Below are positions 25,423 to 38,471 of a DNA stretch of 56,355 nucleotides, piece after piece. The notes under the pieces were generated by a model, which was not told where the DNA came from, made no database searches, and saw only the letters and a list, made by a program, of their open reading frames with translations. Each line of letters begins with the position of its first letter. The first letter of the stretch is position 1. The stretch is taken from positions 1-56,355 of the forward strand of contig NW_025214961.1 of assembly GCF_004010195.1 (NCBI RefSeq). The letters are read 5' to 3'. A program made the translations under genes and the position numbers. This DNA is from Chiloscyllium plagiosum (Eukaryota).

Positions 25423-25976
25423 TATTTTTAAAATATGTTTGGTTTTCAAGCTGGCTCCTCTAATTCCGCTGCAGGTTAAAGTTTGGCATTATCTGCAAAT
25501 CTAATGTGATTTACAGTTTTGTTTTTATAATAACTGGTGTCAGATTCACTTTTGTTGTTTATTTTAATAATTTCTTCTGAAATGCAGGGGTCTTAATAAT
25601 TTTGCTTGCTGATGATACAGAAATTAACTGAAAAAAAAATATATAGGTGGTCAAATCAACTGGGCAGAAAGGTGCAAAAATGAAATTCAATACAGAGAAC
25701 TGAGAGGCTGTTGGGAGTTGCTGCAAAGCGAGGGAATGCACATTACATGGGAAGATAGTGACCAAAGTTTTGGCAATTAGTTCTAATTTCTCCTTGCACA
25801 GCTCAGTGCTGAGTTTTACTTCATAATACTCCTGTGAAGCTCAGAGATATTTTAACTGTTGTAAACTTTTCATAAATACAAATCAAACACTTTTAACCTG
25901 AATATTATTTGTTAGAATTTATAAGTTTCTAGTTTAGTATTTGATCGACTCAAATTAATCTGCTTTTACATTTCAG

Positions 25977-26019
25977 ACTGCCATTAAGGGAAAACTACAG
26001 GAACTTGGGGCTTATGCAG
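25977..26019 (+). CDS. ZC3H14: ZC3H14 exon 2 (TAIKGKLQELGAYA/D), PWI-like domain
   Basis: tttcag acceptor, gtatgt donor, 43 nt; matches human SAIKGKLQELGAYV. Confidence 0.96.
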
Positions 26020-26254
26020 GTATGTTGTTGAAACTTTCTATTAAATCTGTTAATTACAGTGCATATTCTCTAAAACAGTACAATTCTGCAGTTACATAAT
26101 TTTGGAGGAAAATCCCAGCAGAATATGTTTTGTTTTCTTGTGTTAAAATTTAGATCACTGGTCATAAATACTATATACACTTCTCCTGCAAATTTGTACC
26201 ATACAAAGTTTGGTATATTTTCTTATTGTTTGTGCAATACTTTGCAGTTATGCA

Positions 26255-28300
26255 TAAGATACAGGAACAGAAGTAGGCCTTTCAGCGCTTCAAACTTGCA
26301 CTGCCATTCAATAGGATCACGGCTAAGCCAGTATTTCTCATGTCTACTCCTGGGTTTTCCCTGAAACCCTTGATTTCCTTTCCTGATCAAAAATCTATCT
26401 GTTCCTTAAATATACACTGGCTCTGCCCCACATCACTCTGTTGCGAAATGTTCCAAAGACACTCCATCCTCTGAGACAAGAAATTTGTCCTCCTCTTGAT
26501 CTTAAATTGGTTCCCATTTACTGTAGTAATGTCCCTGTAGTTCCAGAGTCCCCCATGAGGGGAAATGTCTTATGCTATCAAGCCCGTTAAGAATCCTATG
26601 TGATCACCTCTCAATCTTCTAAACGCCAGTAAGTAGAGCCTAAACAGTTTAGCTTTTGCTCATAAGGCAATCCCTCTATACTATCTTTGTGAATGCATTG
26701 TGAACTGCCATTTTAGTAGACCCATAATGCCCTTAGGGAGGGAATTCCAGGATTTTGACCCAGTGACAGTGAAGAAACTATGGTATATTTCCAAGTTAGG
26801 ATGGTGAGTGGTTTGGAGGGGAGTTTGAAGGTGTTGCTGTTCCCATGTATCTGCTCCCCCCTAGTTTTTCTAGTTGGAAGGTACTGTCTGAGGATCTTTG
26901 GTGGATTTCTGCAATGCATTTTGTAGATACTACACACCGCTGAGAGTCAGTGGTGGAGCAGTGGGTGCTTGTGGATGTGTTGTCAATCAAGCAGATTACT
27001 TTGTCCTGGATGATGTTCCTCTTCAGTATTGTTGAGCTGTGCCCATCCAGGCAAGTGGGGAATTTTGAATCACACTCCTGACCTATATCTTGTCGATGAT
27101 AGGCAGGCTTTACAAAGAGAGGAGGTGAATTACTTGCTGAGCTGCTGTGTAGCCACTGTATTTATATGACATGACCAGTTGAGTTCCTGGTGAATGGTAA
27201 TCCCCAGGATGTTGACAGTGGGGAATTCAATGATAGTAACACCATTGAATCTCAAGGAGCAGTGGTTCGATTGTCTCTTATTGGCAATGGTCATTGCGAG
27301 GCATTTTTGTGGTGCAAATGTTACATAGCACTTGTCAGCCCAGGTCTGGATATTGTCCAGATCTTGTATTAGAACATGGACTGCTTCAGTATCTGAGGAA
27401 TTGCAAATAATGCTGAACATTTCAAAATTGCTGATAATTGTACACTTCTGATGGGAGGAAGGTCATTTTTAGGAGCAACTGAAGATAGTTGGACACAAAC
27501 CTGAGGAACTCCTGCAGAGATGTCCTGGAGCTGAGATGACTGACCTGCAACATCCACAACCATTTTTCCATGTGCCTTTGGAAGGCTTGCTCCCTAAATC
27601 CCATTGATTCCAGTATTGCTAGTGCTTCATGATGCCACACTCAAATGTATTCTCGATGTCAAGAACTGTCATTCTCACCTCACTTGTCGAAATCAGTGCC
27701 TTTGTCCATGTTTTAACGAGATCAGGAGCTGTATTGCCCGGGACAGAACCTAAACTGGGCATCACTGCTCTATAATTCTGTTGATGACAACTCCCATCGC
27801 TTTACTCATGATTGAGAGTAGGCTGATGGGACAGTAATTGGCTGGGTTAAATTTGTCTTGCTTTTTGTGTATAGGACATAACTGGCCAATTTTCCACATT
27901 GCTTGGTAGATTTGAATGTTTTAATTGTAATGGAGCAGCTTGGCTAGGGGAGTGACAAGTTCTTGAGCACAATCTTCAGTACTATTCCTGGAATGTTGTC
28001 AGGGCCTTTGACCTTTGCAATATCCAGTGCCTCCATCCGTTTCTTAATATAACATTGAGTGAATTGAATTAGCTGAAGATTGGTATTTGCGATGCTGGGA
28101 ACCACTGGAGGAGGCTGAGATGCATCGTAAACATGACAGTTCTGGCTGAAGATTGCTGCGAATGCTTCAGTCTTTTTTGTTTTGCACTGATGTGCCAGGT
28201 TCCTCCATCATGGAGATTAAGGATATTTGTGGAGATGCCACCTCCAGTTAGATTGCCCATCATAATTCACATAACTTGATGTGGCAGGAGTGCAGATCTT
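26255..28300 (-). mobile_element. CR1 3' fragment (to ~26710) then L2-like LINE fragment
   Basis: ORF 27130..27420 QDLDNIQTWADKCYVTFAPQKC, paralogous to 3868..4395. Confidence 0.78.
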
Positions 28301-28618
28301 TAATAAAGAACTTTTAAAATTGGTTTTCAAAGCTGGTATCTTTCCCTATGCTTTCTGAAATTGTTTATTCTGAAGGTGGAGTTTATGGCTTTTAGATGAA
28401 CCTCTAAACCTCTTCTAATATTACTGTGACAAGTAGAACTGAACTTGATCCCAATGGATATTACAAACACCACAGAATTTATTGCAATTGTCAGTAGGAT
28501 TTAGAAGCATATGAGGTGACGTTTCTTCCAGTGGATACAAACATTTCCCTCTTGTGCTGAATTCTTTCTGTTTACATTAGGAGCAAGAATAATTAATTTT
28601 TATCATTCCTCTTTACAG

Positions 28619-28733
28619 ACGAAGAGCTACCCGATTATATCATGGTTATGGTAGCCAACAAAAAGACCCAAGATCAGATGGCAGAAGATCTTGCTCTCTT
28701 TCTGGGAAATAACACTGTCAAATTTACTGCATG
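28619..28733 (+). CDS. ZC3H14: ZC3H14 exon 3 (DEELPDYIMVMVANKKTQDQMAEDLALFLGNNTVKFTAW), PWI-like domain
   Basis: ttacag acceptor, gtaagt donor, 115 nt; strongly conserved peptide. Confidence 0.97.
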
Positions 28734-28916
28734 GTAAGTTTATTTTACATGTAGCAGTTAAGATTTAGGTAATTCTTCTCTTCTATGTAAGGCACTTCTC
28801 TCTTTTAATTCTTATTAATAGATGGAAGTTTTTTAAAGAGAAGTGTGTAGTAGTAAAATACATATTGCAAGTCTAAATTAATGTATGTAGGAGTTTAACA
28901 TACTGTTTTTATTTAG

Positions 28917-28957
28917 GCTGCATGGTGTCCTTGATAAACTACGTTCTGTAACAGTTG
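28917..28957 (+). CDS. ZC3H14: ZC3H14 exon 4 (WLHGVLDKLRSVTV)
   Basis: atttag acceptor, gtaagt donor, 41 nt; matches human WLHGVLDKLRSVT. Confidence 0.96.
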
Positions 28958-29129
28958 GTAAGTATAGTCGTGTCACTTTTAATTTTAACTTGAATAATAG
29001 CATTCATGTTCATTTCTGAACTTGAGCAAACACAGATGTAAATTTTGAATTGATCAGAAAATGCAAATACTAGAAATATGTACTACATTTTTAAAGATTG
29101 AAAATCGACTTTTTATCTTTGAATTCCAG

Positions 29130-29331
29130 AGCCCACCACTTTAAAACAGCAATCAAATTACTCAGATTGTAATCTGTTGTTACCTACGGAAAAGACTCAA
29201 GCAGCAATTAGTGGAAGCATTGATCAAAACAATGATGTTCGTATTCTTGCTGCTTCTAGCACGCTTTCTGAGAGAAATGATTCTCGTGTTTCTACCAGCT
29301 CATTACAAGAGCAGGCAATGCCCACTACCAG
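29130..29331 (+). CDS. ZC3H14: ZC3H14 exon 5 (EPTTLKQQ...ERNDSRVSTSSLQEQAMPTTR)
   Basis: ttccag acceptor, gtcagt donor; open frame with phases matching neighbours; DSRVSTSS motif conserved. Confidence 0.9.
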
Positions 29332-30096
29332 GTCAGTGAAAGTATAAGTTGTTTTTTGAGTAGCTATTGTAGATTGCATGGGCAAATGCACTGATTGTCA
29401 AACAAATGACCAAGTATTCGCAAAACTTGGATGTGTGTATTTCAGTTGTAAATGTGTTTATAAGTTCTCTGAAACATTCAGAAACAGCACATTCAAAATA
29501 GAGCATGGGAGATGCATTCCCAACTCTGAAGTGCAGTAGCTCTATAATCACATTGTGATTTGTTTCCCCAGTTCCTGTATGTTGGCTGATCCACATCTGT
29601 TGATGGACATTATAGGGAAATAAAAAAGTTTGTCAAGAATTAAAGCCTGGTATTAATTGCAACTGAACTGATAGTTCCTGAAAACCTCTGTGTATTTGTT
29701 TTTGTTGGCATAATGAGTGTTTGACGGTGTTTGATAGATTGTTGGAAATCTTGATGCAAGTTGTATTTTGAAATGAAAGATCTACAATATTGGCCTCAAA
29801 CTATATTTCAAAGTTCTTCTCAGAAAGTCTAACTTAATTTGGTTAATTAGTGTATTTGCAGCAGCTGGAATCTTCCCTTCAGTCCACCCAAACAATAAAC
29901 AAGATTCCATTGTTTTTAATTTTAAAAAAATATGGATAGCTTGGAGAAGTATTGTTGTTATCCTTATCTGTTTAGTTGAATTTTACAGTTAACCGCTTTT
30001 TAGTTACCCCTTACTCCTCCACCCCACACTGAAGACCTAATGTACCTTGAAAACAAAAACAATGTACTTATACAACTGAGATACTTTAAAAATAAT

Positions 30097-30274
30097 ACTG
30101 AATTTGCTGGAGAAGCTCAGAGGATCTGGCAACATCTGTAAAGAGAAAAGAACATTAACACTACGAGTCCAGTGACCCCTCTGTTTTCTCTTTGCAGATG
30201 CTGCCAGACCTGCAGAGTTTCTGTAGCAATTTCTGTTTTTGTTTCTGATCTCCATCATCCACAGTTTGGGGTTT
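30097..30274 (+). mobile_element. Older fold-back element (putative Penelope terminus), 15 bp TSD with 1 mismatch
   Basis: TCTGGCAACATCTGTAAAGAGAAAA / TTTTCTCTTTGCAGATGCTGCCAGA arms; TACTTTAAAA(A/C)TAAT at 30082-30096 and 30275-30289. Confidence 0.65.
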
Positions 30275-30452
30275 TACTTTAAAACTAATGTCAGGTGATT
30301 CTTTTAAAAGAAAATTGTTGAATTGACCTTATTCCAAGTGAATTAACATTCTTTGTTTACTCTGGCCTGTAAGGCAATTGTTTTTAAGAAGTTTGTGAAT
30401 TGGATTATGTAAGGCTGCCTCTGATGCTTTAACTATTTCATTTTGTGTACAG

Positions 30453-30918
30453 AACACCTGTGGAGAGGAGCACACCTCAATTAACATCTGCAGTGAAGCC
30501 TTTGATGGAGCTGGTCTCCTCTGAAGCAGTTATTGATATCAAACCTGAACCAGATGATCTTATAGATGAGGATCTTAACATTTTGCAAGAATTTCCATCA
30601 TCATCTAAGAAGAAACCTGTGGTGACAGTTAGTTATAATGTATCTCGTCCTTCACTTGAGGCCTTTAGGCCAGAAGAAAATGTTTCACATCCATGCAGGC
30701 CAACTGAGAATAGCATTCAATCTTTCCGGGTTCCTCAGAACAATGTGCAGCCGTGTAAATTAGGAGAAGGGAACTTCCATGACTATAGGCCATTAGAAAA
30801 TCCTGGCCATGCTTACAGATCATATGAAAGCAGCTTGGAAGCTTTCAACAGATTATCAGAAAGTGATGTACAGGTTTGCAGGGCATCAAAGTCTCATTCC
30901 GATCGACCAAGTAGAGAT
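30453..30918 (+). CDS. ZC3H14: ZC3H14 exon 6 (TPVERSTPQLTSAVKPL...VIDIKPEPDDLIDEDLN...DRPSRD)
   Basis: Within ORF 30445..30933; tacag acceptor, gtgagt donor at 30919; VIDIKPEPDDLIDEDLN identical to human. Confidence 0.93.
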
Positions 30919-31024
30919 GTGAGTACGAGTTAATAATTACAAATGTTTTGATAGATTTAGTCTATTTATTGTTGTAGCCTTGGTTTCCAAGGTACTATTG
31001 CCTGGATTGTGGATGCTTTCTGTT

Positions 31025-31344
31025 TAGATTTAGATTAGATTAGATTACAGTGTGGAAACAGGCCCTTCGGCCCAACAAGTCCACACCGACCCGCCGAAGC
31101 GAAACCCACCCATACCCCTACATTTACCCCTTATCTAACACTACGGGCAATTTAGTATGGCCAATTCACCTGACCCTGCACATCTTTTGGACTGTGGGAG
31201 GAAACCGGAGCACCCGGAGGAAACCCACGCAGACACGGGGAGAACGTGCAAACTCCACACAGTCAGTCGCCTGAGTCGGGAATTGAACCCGGGTCTCTGG
31301 CGCTGCGAGGCAGCAGTGCTAACCACTGTGCCACCGTGCCGCCC
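31025..31344 (-). mobile_element. Full-length young HE1-type V-SINE
   Basis: Minus strand GGGCGGCACGGTGGCACAGTGGTTAGC (A box), GGTTCAATTCC (B box), V-domain, (TCTAA)n tail; CpGs retained. Confidence 0.92.
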
Positions 31345-32345
31345 ACATTTTATCTCTAGAAATCTGTGACTTCACAAGTGCTTCCAGACCCAGATAACTC
31401 TTCACTGTCATAGTGTCCTGGCCCATTCAGGTTTCATTGCCTCAAAAGTTGTTTCCTCCCTAAAGCCTTACAACTCACTTCCCACTCACAATTCCATTTT
31501 CTCCTCAATTTCCCCATGATATTGATTCTTTCCAGATCTATTATCTTCCCCTACTCTAGCCAAATTACAAATGAGTTTCCCCATCTCCCCCCTCATTTAT
31601 CAACCCTCAGCCCACGACAAAATTAATACTGAAGCACTGCAGTTCTCCAGCTTAATACTGGGAAAATTGCACCTTTTAATATGTGCTTTAGAATACTTCA
31701 AGTAGAATAAATTGCAACATTAATGCTTAAAAAAAGTCTAGCAAAGGAGGATTTTACTGGGCGTTAGCAAAAGTATCACGTGGAATAGACAGAGAACGTG
31801 AGACCCAATGTACCAATGAACTACTGGTGGCATTGCTGTGGGGCTGGAGACCATACTGGTATCTCATTCCTTAGATCCCAAATATGGAAGTTTGCATTTT
31901 TGGACCTCCATGCTACTTGTTACTACTTGTTTATCCCTTCAATTCCTATTGTATTCTACTTGATGCTTTCCTTAATGTTACTGTGTAGCTCCAATGTTCA
32001 GTGCCAAGTATTTTCAATCCCAATCTCCTGATCAATTCTCTATGACCTTCCATTCTTTTCTTTCAAAACTACTTGCTCTTTCAGTTCACAAAATGTTAAT
32101 TTTCTCATCCTTTAATTTTTTTGCACCTTCCTCCCAAATCTTTAAACACCCAGCATTTACTAAACCATATAGTCTGTATCAGCATAAGTAATATCATAAA
32201 AGATCTATCTCCTTATCAAATGTCATGTCCTTCAACTTAGCATGAACACTGATTTTTAAAATGATGTATTTCCTGTTTCAAGTTGATTTAGTAATACTGT
32301 ATAGGATATACAACATATACACAGACCATTGGCCCCAATCAGTCT

Positions 32346-32555
32346 ATGAGGAGAAAGTGAGGTCTGCAGATGCTGGAGATCAGAGCTGAAAATGTGTTGC
32401 TGGAAAAGTGCAGCAGGTCAGGCAGCATCCAGGGAACAGGAGAATCGACGTTTCGGGCATAAGCCCTGAAGAAGGGCTTATGCCCGAAACGTCGATTCTC
32501 CTGTTCCCTGGATGCTGCCTGACCTGCTGCGCTTTTCCAGCAACACATTTTCAGC
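32346..32555 (-). mobile_element. Young fold-back Penelope-terminus insertion, 14 bp TSD, 83 bp near-perfect hairpin
   Basis: Arms 32385-32467 / 32473-32555; GCCCCAATCAGTCT at 32332-32345 and 32554-32567; hammerhead core on + strand 32466-32493. Confidence 0.88.
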
Positions 32556-32768
32556 CCCAATCAGTCTGTGTTTGTATGATGCACCTTTATATGAAATTCC
32601 ATTTCTAACTAGAAGACTGATGTTTAGAAAGTTGTCAAATGTAGTTTCCATGCTACAAGTATTCTATCGCCCTTTGAGTGGAAATGTTTTCAAAAGTGCT
32701 AACCAAAAACTTAGTTTGTTCGTAAATTGAATATTAACATTGTGTACTTGTCATGTTTATGTGTACAG

Positions 32769-32920
32769 AATGAGAATTCGAGGAAGAGAAAGGCAGCAAT
32801 CATCAGTTCTGTGGTTAGAGTAAGTAAAACTAGTGATGGTGAGGAGGAGGATGATGATTACGGCGCAAGGACAGGAAGTCTTCCCAGCAGTATTTCTGTG
32901 CCAGCAAAGCCTGAAAGAAG
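32769..32920 (+). CDS. ZC3H14: ZC3H14 exon 7 (NENSRKRKAAIISSVVRV...YGARTGSLPSSISVPAKPERR), basic NLS-like RKRK
   Basis: Within ORF 32727..32927; tacag acceptor, gtacta donor; SVPAKPERR conserved. Confidence 0.95.
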
Positions 32921-33659
32921 GTACTAAAGACTTACAATTTCTCACATTAGGGCATATTTTTGTCATATGCAGTCAGTTTTTTTTTAGATTTATTGACATG
33001 CGCAGCAATGTACATCGCAAAGCAGAAAATTATTGACGCACAATGACCACTTCCTCCTATTAATAATGTTGACTTTCTATAAACCTTTGAAGATTAAAAT
33101 TTACTCTCTATATTTAACTGGTAAGCCATTATGATTGAGTAGCTCTTCTTTTACTTAAAAAAGAAAACCTAAATAATTCTTTATGCCTTGCCAAAATTCT
33201 ACCGAGTATTTTGAAGGCTGGGATTTGTTCTATTGTAGGGCAGTGTTATTTTGCTGCCTTGATTTTTGACGCTTTGAAACCATTCAGCTTCATTCTGCAG
33301 TGCATTCTGAATAGTTTATCCTTGAATTTTGGTATTCCATATTGCAAAGCTGTACACTATTTTACCATTCTAATTACTAAGTTCAGAGAACAAAAAGCAA
33401 AATATTGCACTTGCTGGAAATCTAAAACAAAAGAACATTCTGAACTAATATTCAGTAGGCCAGACATCATCTGTAGAGGGGAAAAAGAAATAAATTCCTC
33501 CAAATTTCTATGGATGCAGTTGAGATGAAACGTTCTCCTGGTTTCTTTGCTGATCAAGCTGATGATAACATTAAATGGGCCACTACTACTACCATGCTGC
33601 TTCACTGTGTCTCCACTTCTCCTTTAGAGGAAGTGTATGTTCATTGGTAAATATTTCTC

Positions 33660-34612
33660 CAGATCCTTAGTTCTTCTGAGTGCACCGCATTCCACCAAGT
33701 GTAGCATCAATGAGCACGAGCAAAACTGGAATCATTGGATATCCGGGGGCAAACTCTCTGGTGTGTAGAGTTATACCTGACACACAAGTGGTTGTTGGAG
33801 GTCAGTCATCTCACCTCTAGGACATCTCTGCAGGAGTTCCTCAGGGTAGTGTCCTAGGCCCAAACACGTTCAGCTGCTTTGTCAATGACCTTCACGCCAT
33901 CATAAGTTTAAAAGTGAGGATTGTGCAATCATCAGCAACTATGTTCAGCACTGTTTGTGACTCCTAAGATACTGAAGCAGTCTATGTTCAAATGCAGCGA
34001 GATCTGGACAGTATCCAGGCTTGAGCTGAAAGTGGCAAGTAACATTTGTGCAATACAAATTCCAGGCTATAACTATCACCAATAAGAGACAATCGAACCA
34101 CTGCCCCTTGGCAGCCAATGGTATTCACTGAATCCCATACTGTCAACATCCTGGGGGTTAGCATTGACTAGAAATACAACTGTACTCACTACATAAACAC
34201 GGTGGCTAGAAGAGCAGATCAGAGGTTCGGAATACTGCAGTAAGTAACTCGCCTCATGACTCCCCAAAGCCTGTCCACCATCTACAAGGCACAATCAGGA
34301 GTGTGATGTTCCAACGACACTCAAGAAGCTTGACACCATCCAGGACAAAGCAGCCTGCTTAATTGGCACTGCATCCACAAGCATCCACCACCTTTAAGTT
34401 CTCCAAGCCGCTCACCATCCTGACTTGGAAATATATTTTTGTTCCTTCACTGCTGCAGAGTCAAAATCCTGGAATTGTAGGTCAACCCACAGCAGGTAGA
34501 CTGCAGTGGTTCAAGAGGCAGCTAACACCACCTTCTTAAGGGCAACTAGGGTCAGACAATAATTGCTGGACATCTAATGATGTCCACATCCCACAAATGA
34601 ATAAATTTTAAA
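33660..34612 (+). mobile_element. L2-like LINE 3' fragment
   Basis: GVPQGSVLGP..F motif at ~33830; same family as 3245-6000 and 26715-28300. Confidence 0.78.
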
Positions 34613-34779
34613 AAAGTGTCAAGATTCCAAAATAATACTGGGTGCACCAAAACTAACTGACCTTATGTATAGTGCAGGTCCCAGTAAGAAAAATCTCCAA
34701 AGAAAGATCCAGAAGTTTCAAATATACTAATATCAGGTGACATTGAGCAGTCCTGCACCTAAGCCTTTCAAAGGATATG

Positions 34780-37700
34780 GTGGAAAGGCAGGGACAGACT
34801 ACTGAGTTGGATGATCAGCCATGATCATAAGCCTTTGGTTGGAGAAAAAATGAGCAAAGGTGAGAGGTGTCTTTGCTGCTAAGTCACTGAAGATTAACAT
34901 GCAGCAAGCTATTTTAAAGGCTAATAGAATGTTAACCTTTATTACAAGAGGTTTTAAGTACAAGGATAGTGAAGTCTTGTCACAATTGTATAGGAGCTTG
35001 TTTAGAATGCACATGTGTGCTGTGAGCAGTTTTGGTCTACTTATCTCAAGAAAGATGTTACTGCCATAGAGGTTATATTCACCAGATTTTGGGATGGCAA
35101 GACTGTCCTATGAGGAAAGAGATGGCAAACTGGGCCTGTTTTCTCGAGAGATTTGAAGAAAGTGATACGTACATAGAAAGAAGAAGGAGTAGGGCATTCA
35201 GCCGTTTGAGCCTGCTCAGGCATTCATTATGATCATGGCTGATCATCCAACTCAGTAATCTGTCCCTGCCTTTCCACCATATTCTTTGAACCTTGTGGCC
35301 CAAATGCTATATCCAACAGCTTCTTGAAATTGTGCAATGTTTGACCTAGACTGCTCTGTAATGATGAATTCCACAGACTTACCATTCTCCAGGTGAAGAG
35401 GTTTCTGCTCCATCTCCACCCTAAATGGTTTACCGTGTTTCCGTAGACCATTACCCATGGTTCTGAGCTCCCATGTCATCTTTCCTGCAACTATCTGTCT
35501 AATTGTGTTAGAATTTTTTAATAGGTTTCCATGACATTTCCCCCTTATTTTTCTGAGCCCAATGTGTATAGTCCTAACTGATTCAATCTTTTCTATTAAT
35601 TTAGTGCTGTCATCCTAGGAATCTGTCTAGTAAAACTTTGCTGCACTTCCCGTTTAGTGAGAACATCATCCCTCAGATAAGGAGACTAAAACAGCATGCA
35701 TTTTTCCCCAAGTGTTGTCCCCACTGGCTTAGTTTCATCTGTTTTGTCCTTTTTTTAAAAAAAATTCTATCTCTTCTGTCCTACTTTGCTGAATTCTAAA
35801 CTGCTCCCACTCCTTAGGCCAATTTGTATGCATCTTCCCTGAACCTAATACTATCTCAGATTTCTCTATGCCATTTTACTTTTTGCACCAGACAGGAATG
35901 AGCAATTTTTGCCATTCATCCATGTGCTCTTTGAATGTTTGCCATTGCCTTTCCACTGCACTTCATATGATCATAGTTTCCTCTAATTAGATTCAGGCCT
36001 CTAGTCTCACAATCAGCTACATCTTGATAAAGAATTCTATCATATTGTGGTTGTTTATCCCCAAGGGGCCTCATAATTATATTGCTGATTATTCCTTTCT
36101 CATTACACAAAATAGCCAGTCTAGAATGGCCTGTTATGATTCCTCAATGTATTGGACCAGCAAGCCATCATACATGCACACCAGGAATTTCTCCTCTACA
36201 GAAATGTTAATAATTTTGAATTGCTCAATCTGTAGAATAAAGTCACCAATAATTACAGATGTTCCTCTATTGCATGGTCTTTAGTTTCCTGGTTAATCCC
36301 ATTCCTAATATCACTGCACAGTTTGGAAGTCAATGTGCAACCCCCACTAATGTTTTTTTGCCCTTTTGTGGTTCTCGGATCTGCTCATACAGATCCCATG
36401 AAGCTAATATCATTTATCACTATTTTGTTAATTTCCTTGTTAAACCAGCAATGTAATTGCTTTTTGTCTATCCTTCCTAAATAGTGGATACCCTAGCTAA
36501 TTCAGTTCCCATCCCTGGTCACCCTGCAGCCATGTCTTTATATTCCTGACTATATTGTACTGTTTTAATCGATATGCACAATTAATTTATCTACTTTATT
36601 ACAAAGTGCTATAAGCATTAAGGCACAAAGCCTTAAGGCTTATCTTTTTAAGATTACATAGAGTCATAGAGATATACAGCATGAAGAAACAGACCTTTCA
36701 GCCCAACTCGTCCATGTCGACCAGATATCCTGTATAAATCTAATCCTATTTGCCAGCATTTGGCCCATATCATTCTAAGCCTGTCCTATACATATGCCCA
36801 TTTTGAATGTTGAATCATACCAATCTCCACCATTTCTTCTGGCTGTTCATTAAATACATGCACCAACCTCTGCGTGAAAAAGTTGCCCCTTAGGTCCCTT
36901 TTTATATCTTTCCCCTCTCGACTTAATCCTATGCCCTCTAGTTTTGGTCTCCCCCCCCCCCCCCCCCAGTCCAGGGAAAATACCTTGCCTATTTACCCTT
37001 TCCATCTATAAGGTCACCCCTCAGTCTCCAACACTCCAGGGAAAATAACCCCAGCACATCCAGCCTCTCCCTACAACTCAAACCTTCTAACCCTGGCAAC
37101 ATCCTATTAAATCTTTTCTGAACCTTTTCAAGTTTCACAGCATCCTTCCTATATCAGGGAGACCAGAATTGCGTGCAATACTCCAAAAGTGACTGAACCA
37201 ATGTCCTGCACAACCACAACATGATCTCCCACCTCCTATACTCAATGCACTGACTAATAAAGGCAAGCATACCAAACACTGCCTTCACTATCCTATCCAC
37301 CTACTACTCCACTTTCAAGGAATTATGAACTCACACTCCAAGATCTCTTTGTTCAGCAACATTCCCCATTAAGTATATAAGTCCTGCCCTGATTTGCTTT
37401 TCCAAAATGCAGCATCTCACATTTATCTAAATTAAACTCAGTCTGCCGCTCCTTGGCCCATTGGTCCATCTGATCTGAGTTAGCTCTGTATCCAAATGGC
37501 TAGTTCTCCCTGTATTCTGTGAAATCAAATCTTGCTAACCAGTCTACCATGAGGAATCTTGTTGAACGCCTTACTGACATCCTTATAGATTACATCCACC
37601 ACTCTGCCCTCATCAATCCTCTTCATTACTTCTTCGAAAAAACTCAAACAAGTTAGTGACACAGTTTCCCATGCACAAAGCCATATTGACTACCCCTAAT

Positions 37701-37915
37701 CAGTCCTTGCCTTTCCAAATATGTGTAAAACCTGTCCCTTAGGCTTCCCTTCAACAACTTGCCCACTTCCAATGTCAGGCTCACCGGTCTATAGTTCCCT
37801 GGCTTTTCCTTACCACCTTTCTTAAATAGTGGCAAAACGTTAGCCAACCTCCAGTCTTCTGGCACCACGCCTGCGGCTGTTGATTATACAAATATCTCAT
37901 CAAGGGGCCCAGCAA
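34780..37915. mobile_element. Nested CR1 fragments, including a HER1-like copy at ~36655-37915 (-)
   Basis: ORF 37653..37868 VPEDWRLANVLPLFKKGGKEKPGNYRPVSLT; ORF 34860 KANRMLTFITRGFKYKD. Confidence 0.82.
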
Positions 37916-38166
37916 TGTCTTCCTGTCCCTTTTCCATTATTTTTCACCGTGTCTCTATTCATCCTGTCCCTTCATTTCTCTGCCTATCACTTTTCCAATT
38001 TCCTTTTCTGTCTTTTGTTTTTATCCTTAATTCCACTGCCTGTTCACTCCAGGTGGTTTCAGTGCTCAGTGCCAGCATGTATAGGATGTAGATAAGGTGA
38101 ATGTCACTTAGGTCTGAGACTAGGAGCATCTTTTTTTAACTTGGAAAGTTGTGAATGTTTTGAATT

Positions 38167-38471
38167 GGGTGGCATGGTGGCTCAGTGGTTAGCACTGGTG
38201 CCTCACAGCATCAGGAACCTGGCTTCGATTCAAGCCTCAGGTGACTGAGTTTGCACATTCTCCCTGTTTGCATTGGTTGTCTCCGGGTCCTCCAGTTTCC
38301 TCCTACAATCCAAAGATGTGCAGGTCAAGTGAATTGGCCATGCTAACATACCCATAGTGTTAGGTATATTAGTCTGAGGGAAATGAGTCTGGGTGGGTTA
38401 TTCTTCGGAGGGTCGGTGTGGACTTGTTGGGCTGAAGGGCCTGTTTCCACACTGTCGGAATCTAATCTAAT
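38167..38471 (+). mobile_element. HE1-type V-SINE, moderately diverged
   Basis: GGGTGGCATGGTGGCTCAGTGGTTAGCAC head to TCTAATCTAA tail. Confidence 0.88.

Noticed and set aside
31270..31344. tRNA-like sequence (also 42490-42565, 16590-16655)
   Set aside because: SINE heads continuing into V-domain or SINE body, not stand-alone tRNA genes
15305..32493. Idea that sense-strand hammerheads are purged from the pre-mRNA (24849 and ~25340 plus-strand copies are deleted)
   Set aside because: Plus-strand cores persist at 9156, 15305 and 32466; sample too small and deletions are explained by truncation at the inversion junction
32346..32555. Fold-back elements as DNA-transposon MITEs, pre-miRNAs or CRISPR-like repeats
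   Set aside because: Long variable TSDs, one-sided tail and homology to a GIY-YIG retroelement terminus; dispersed, with no repeat-spacer array
36951..36967. 17-nt poly-C run
   Set aside because: Slippage expansion of a C-rich spot inside a CR1 copy
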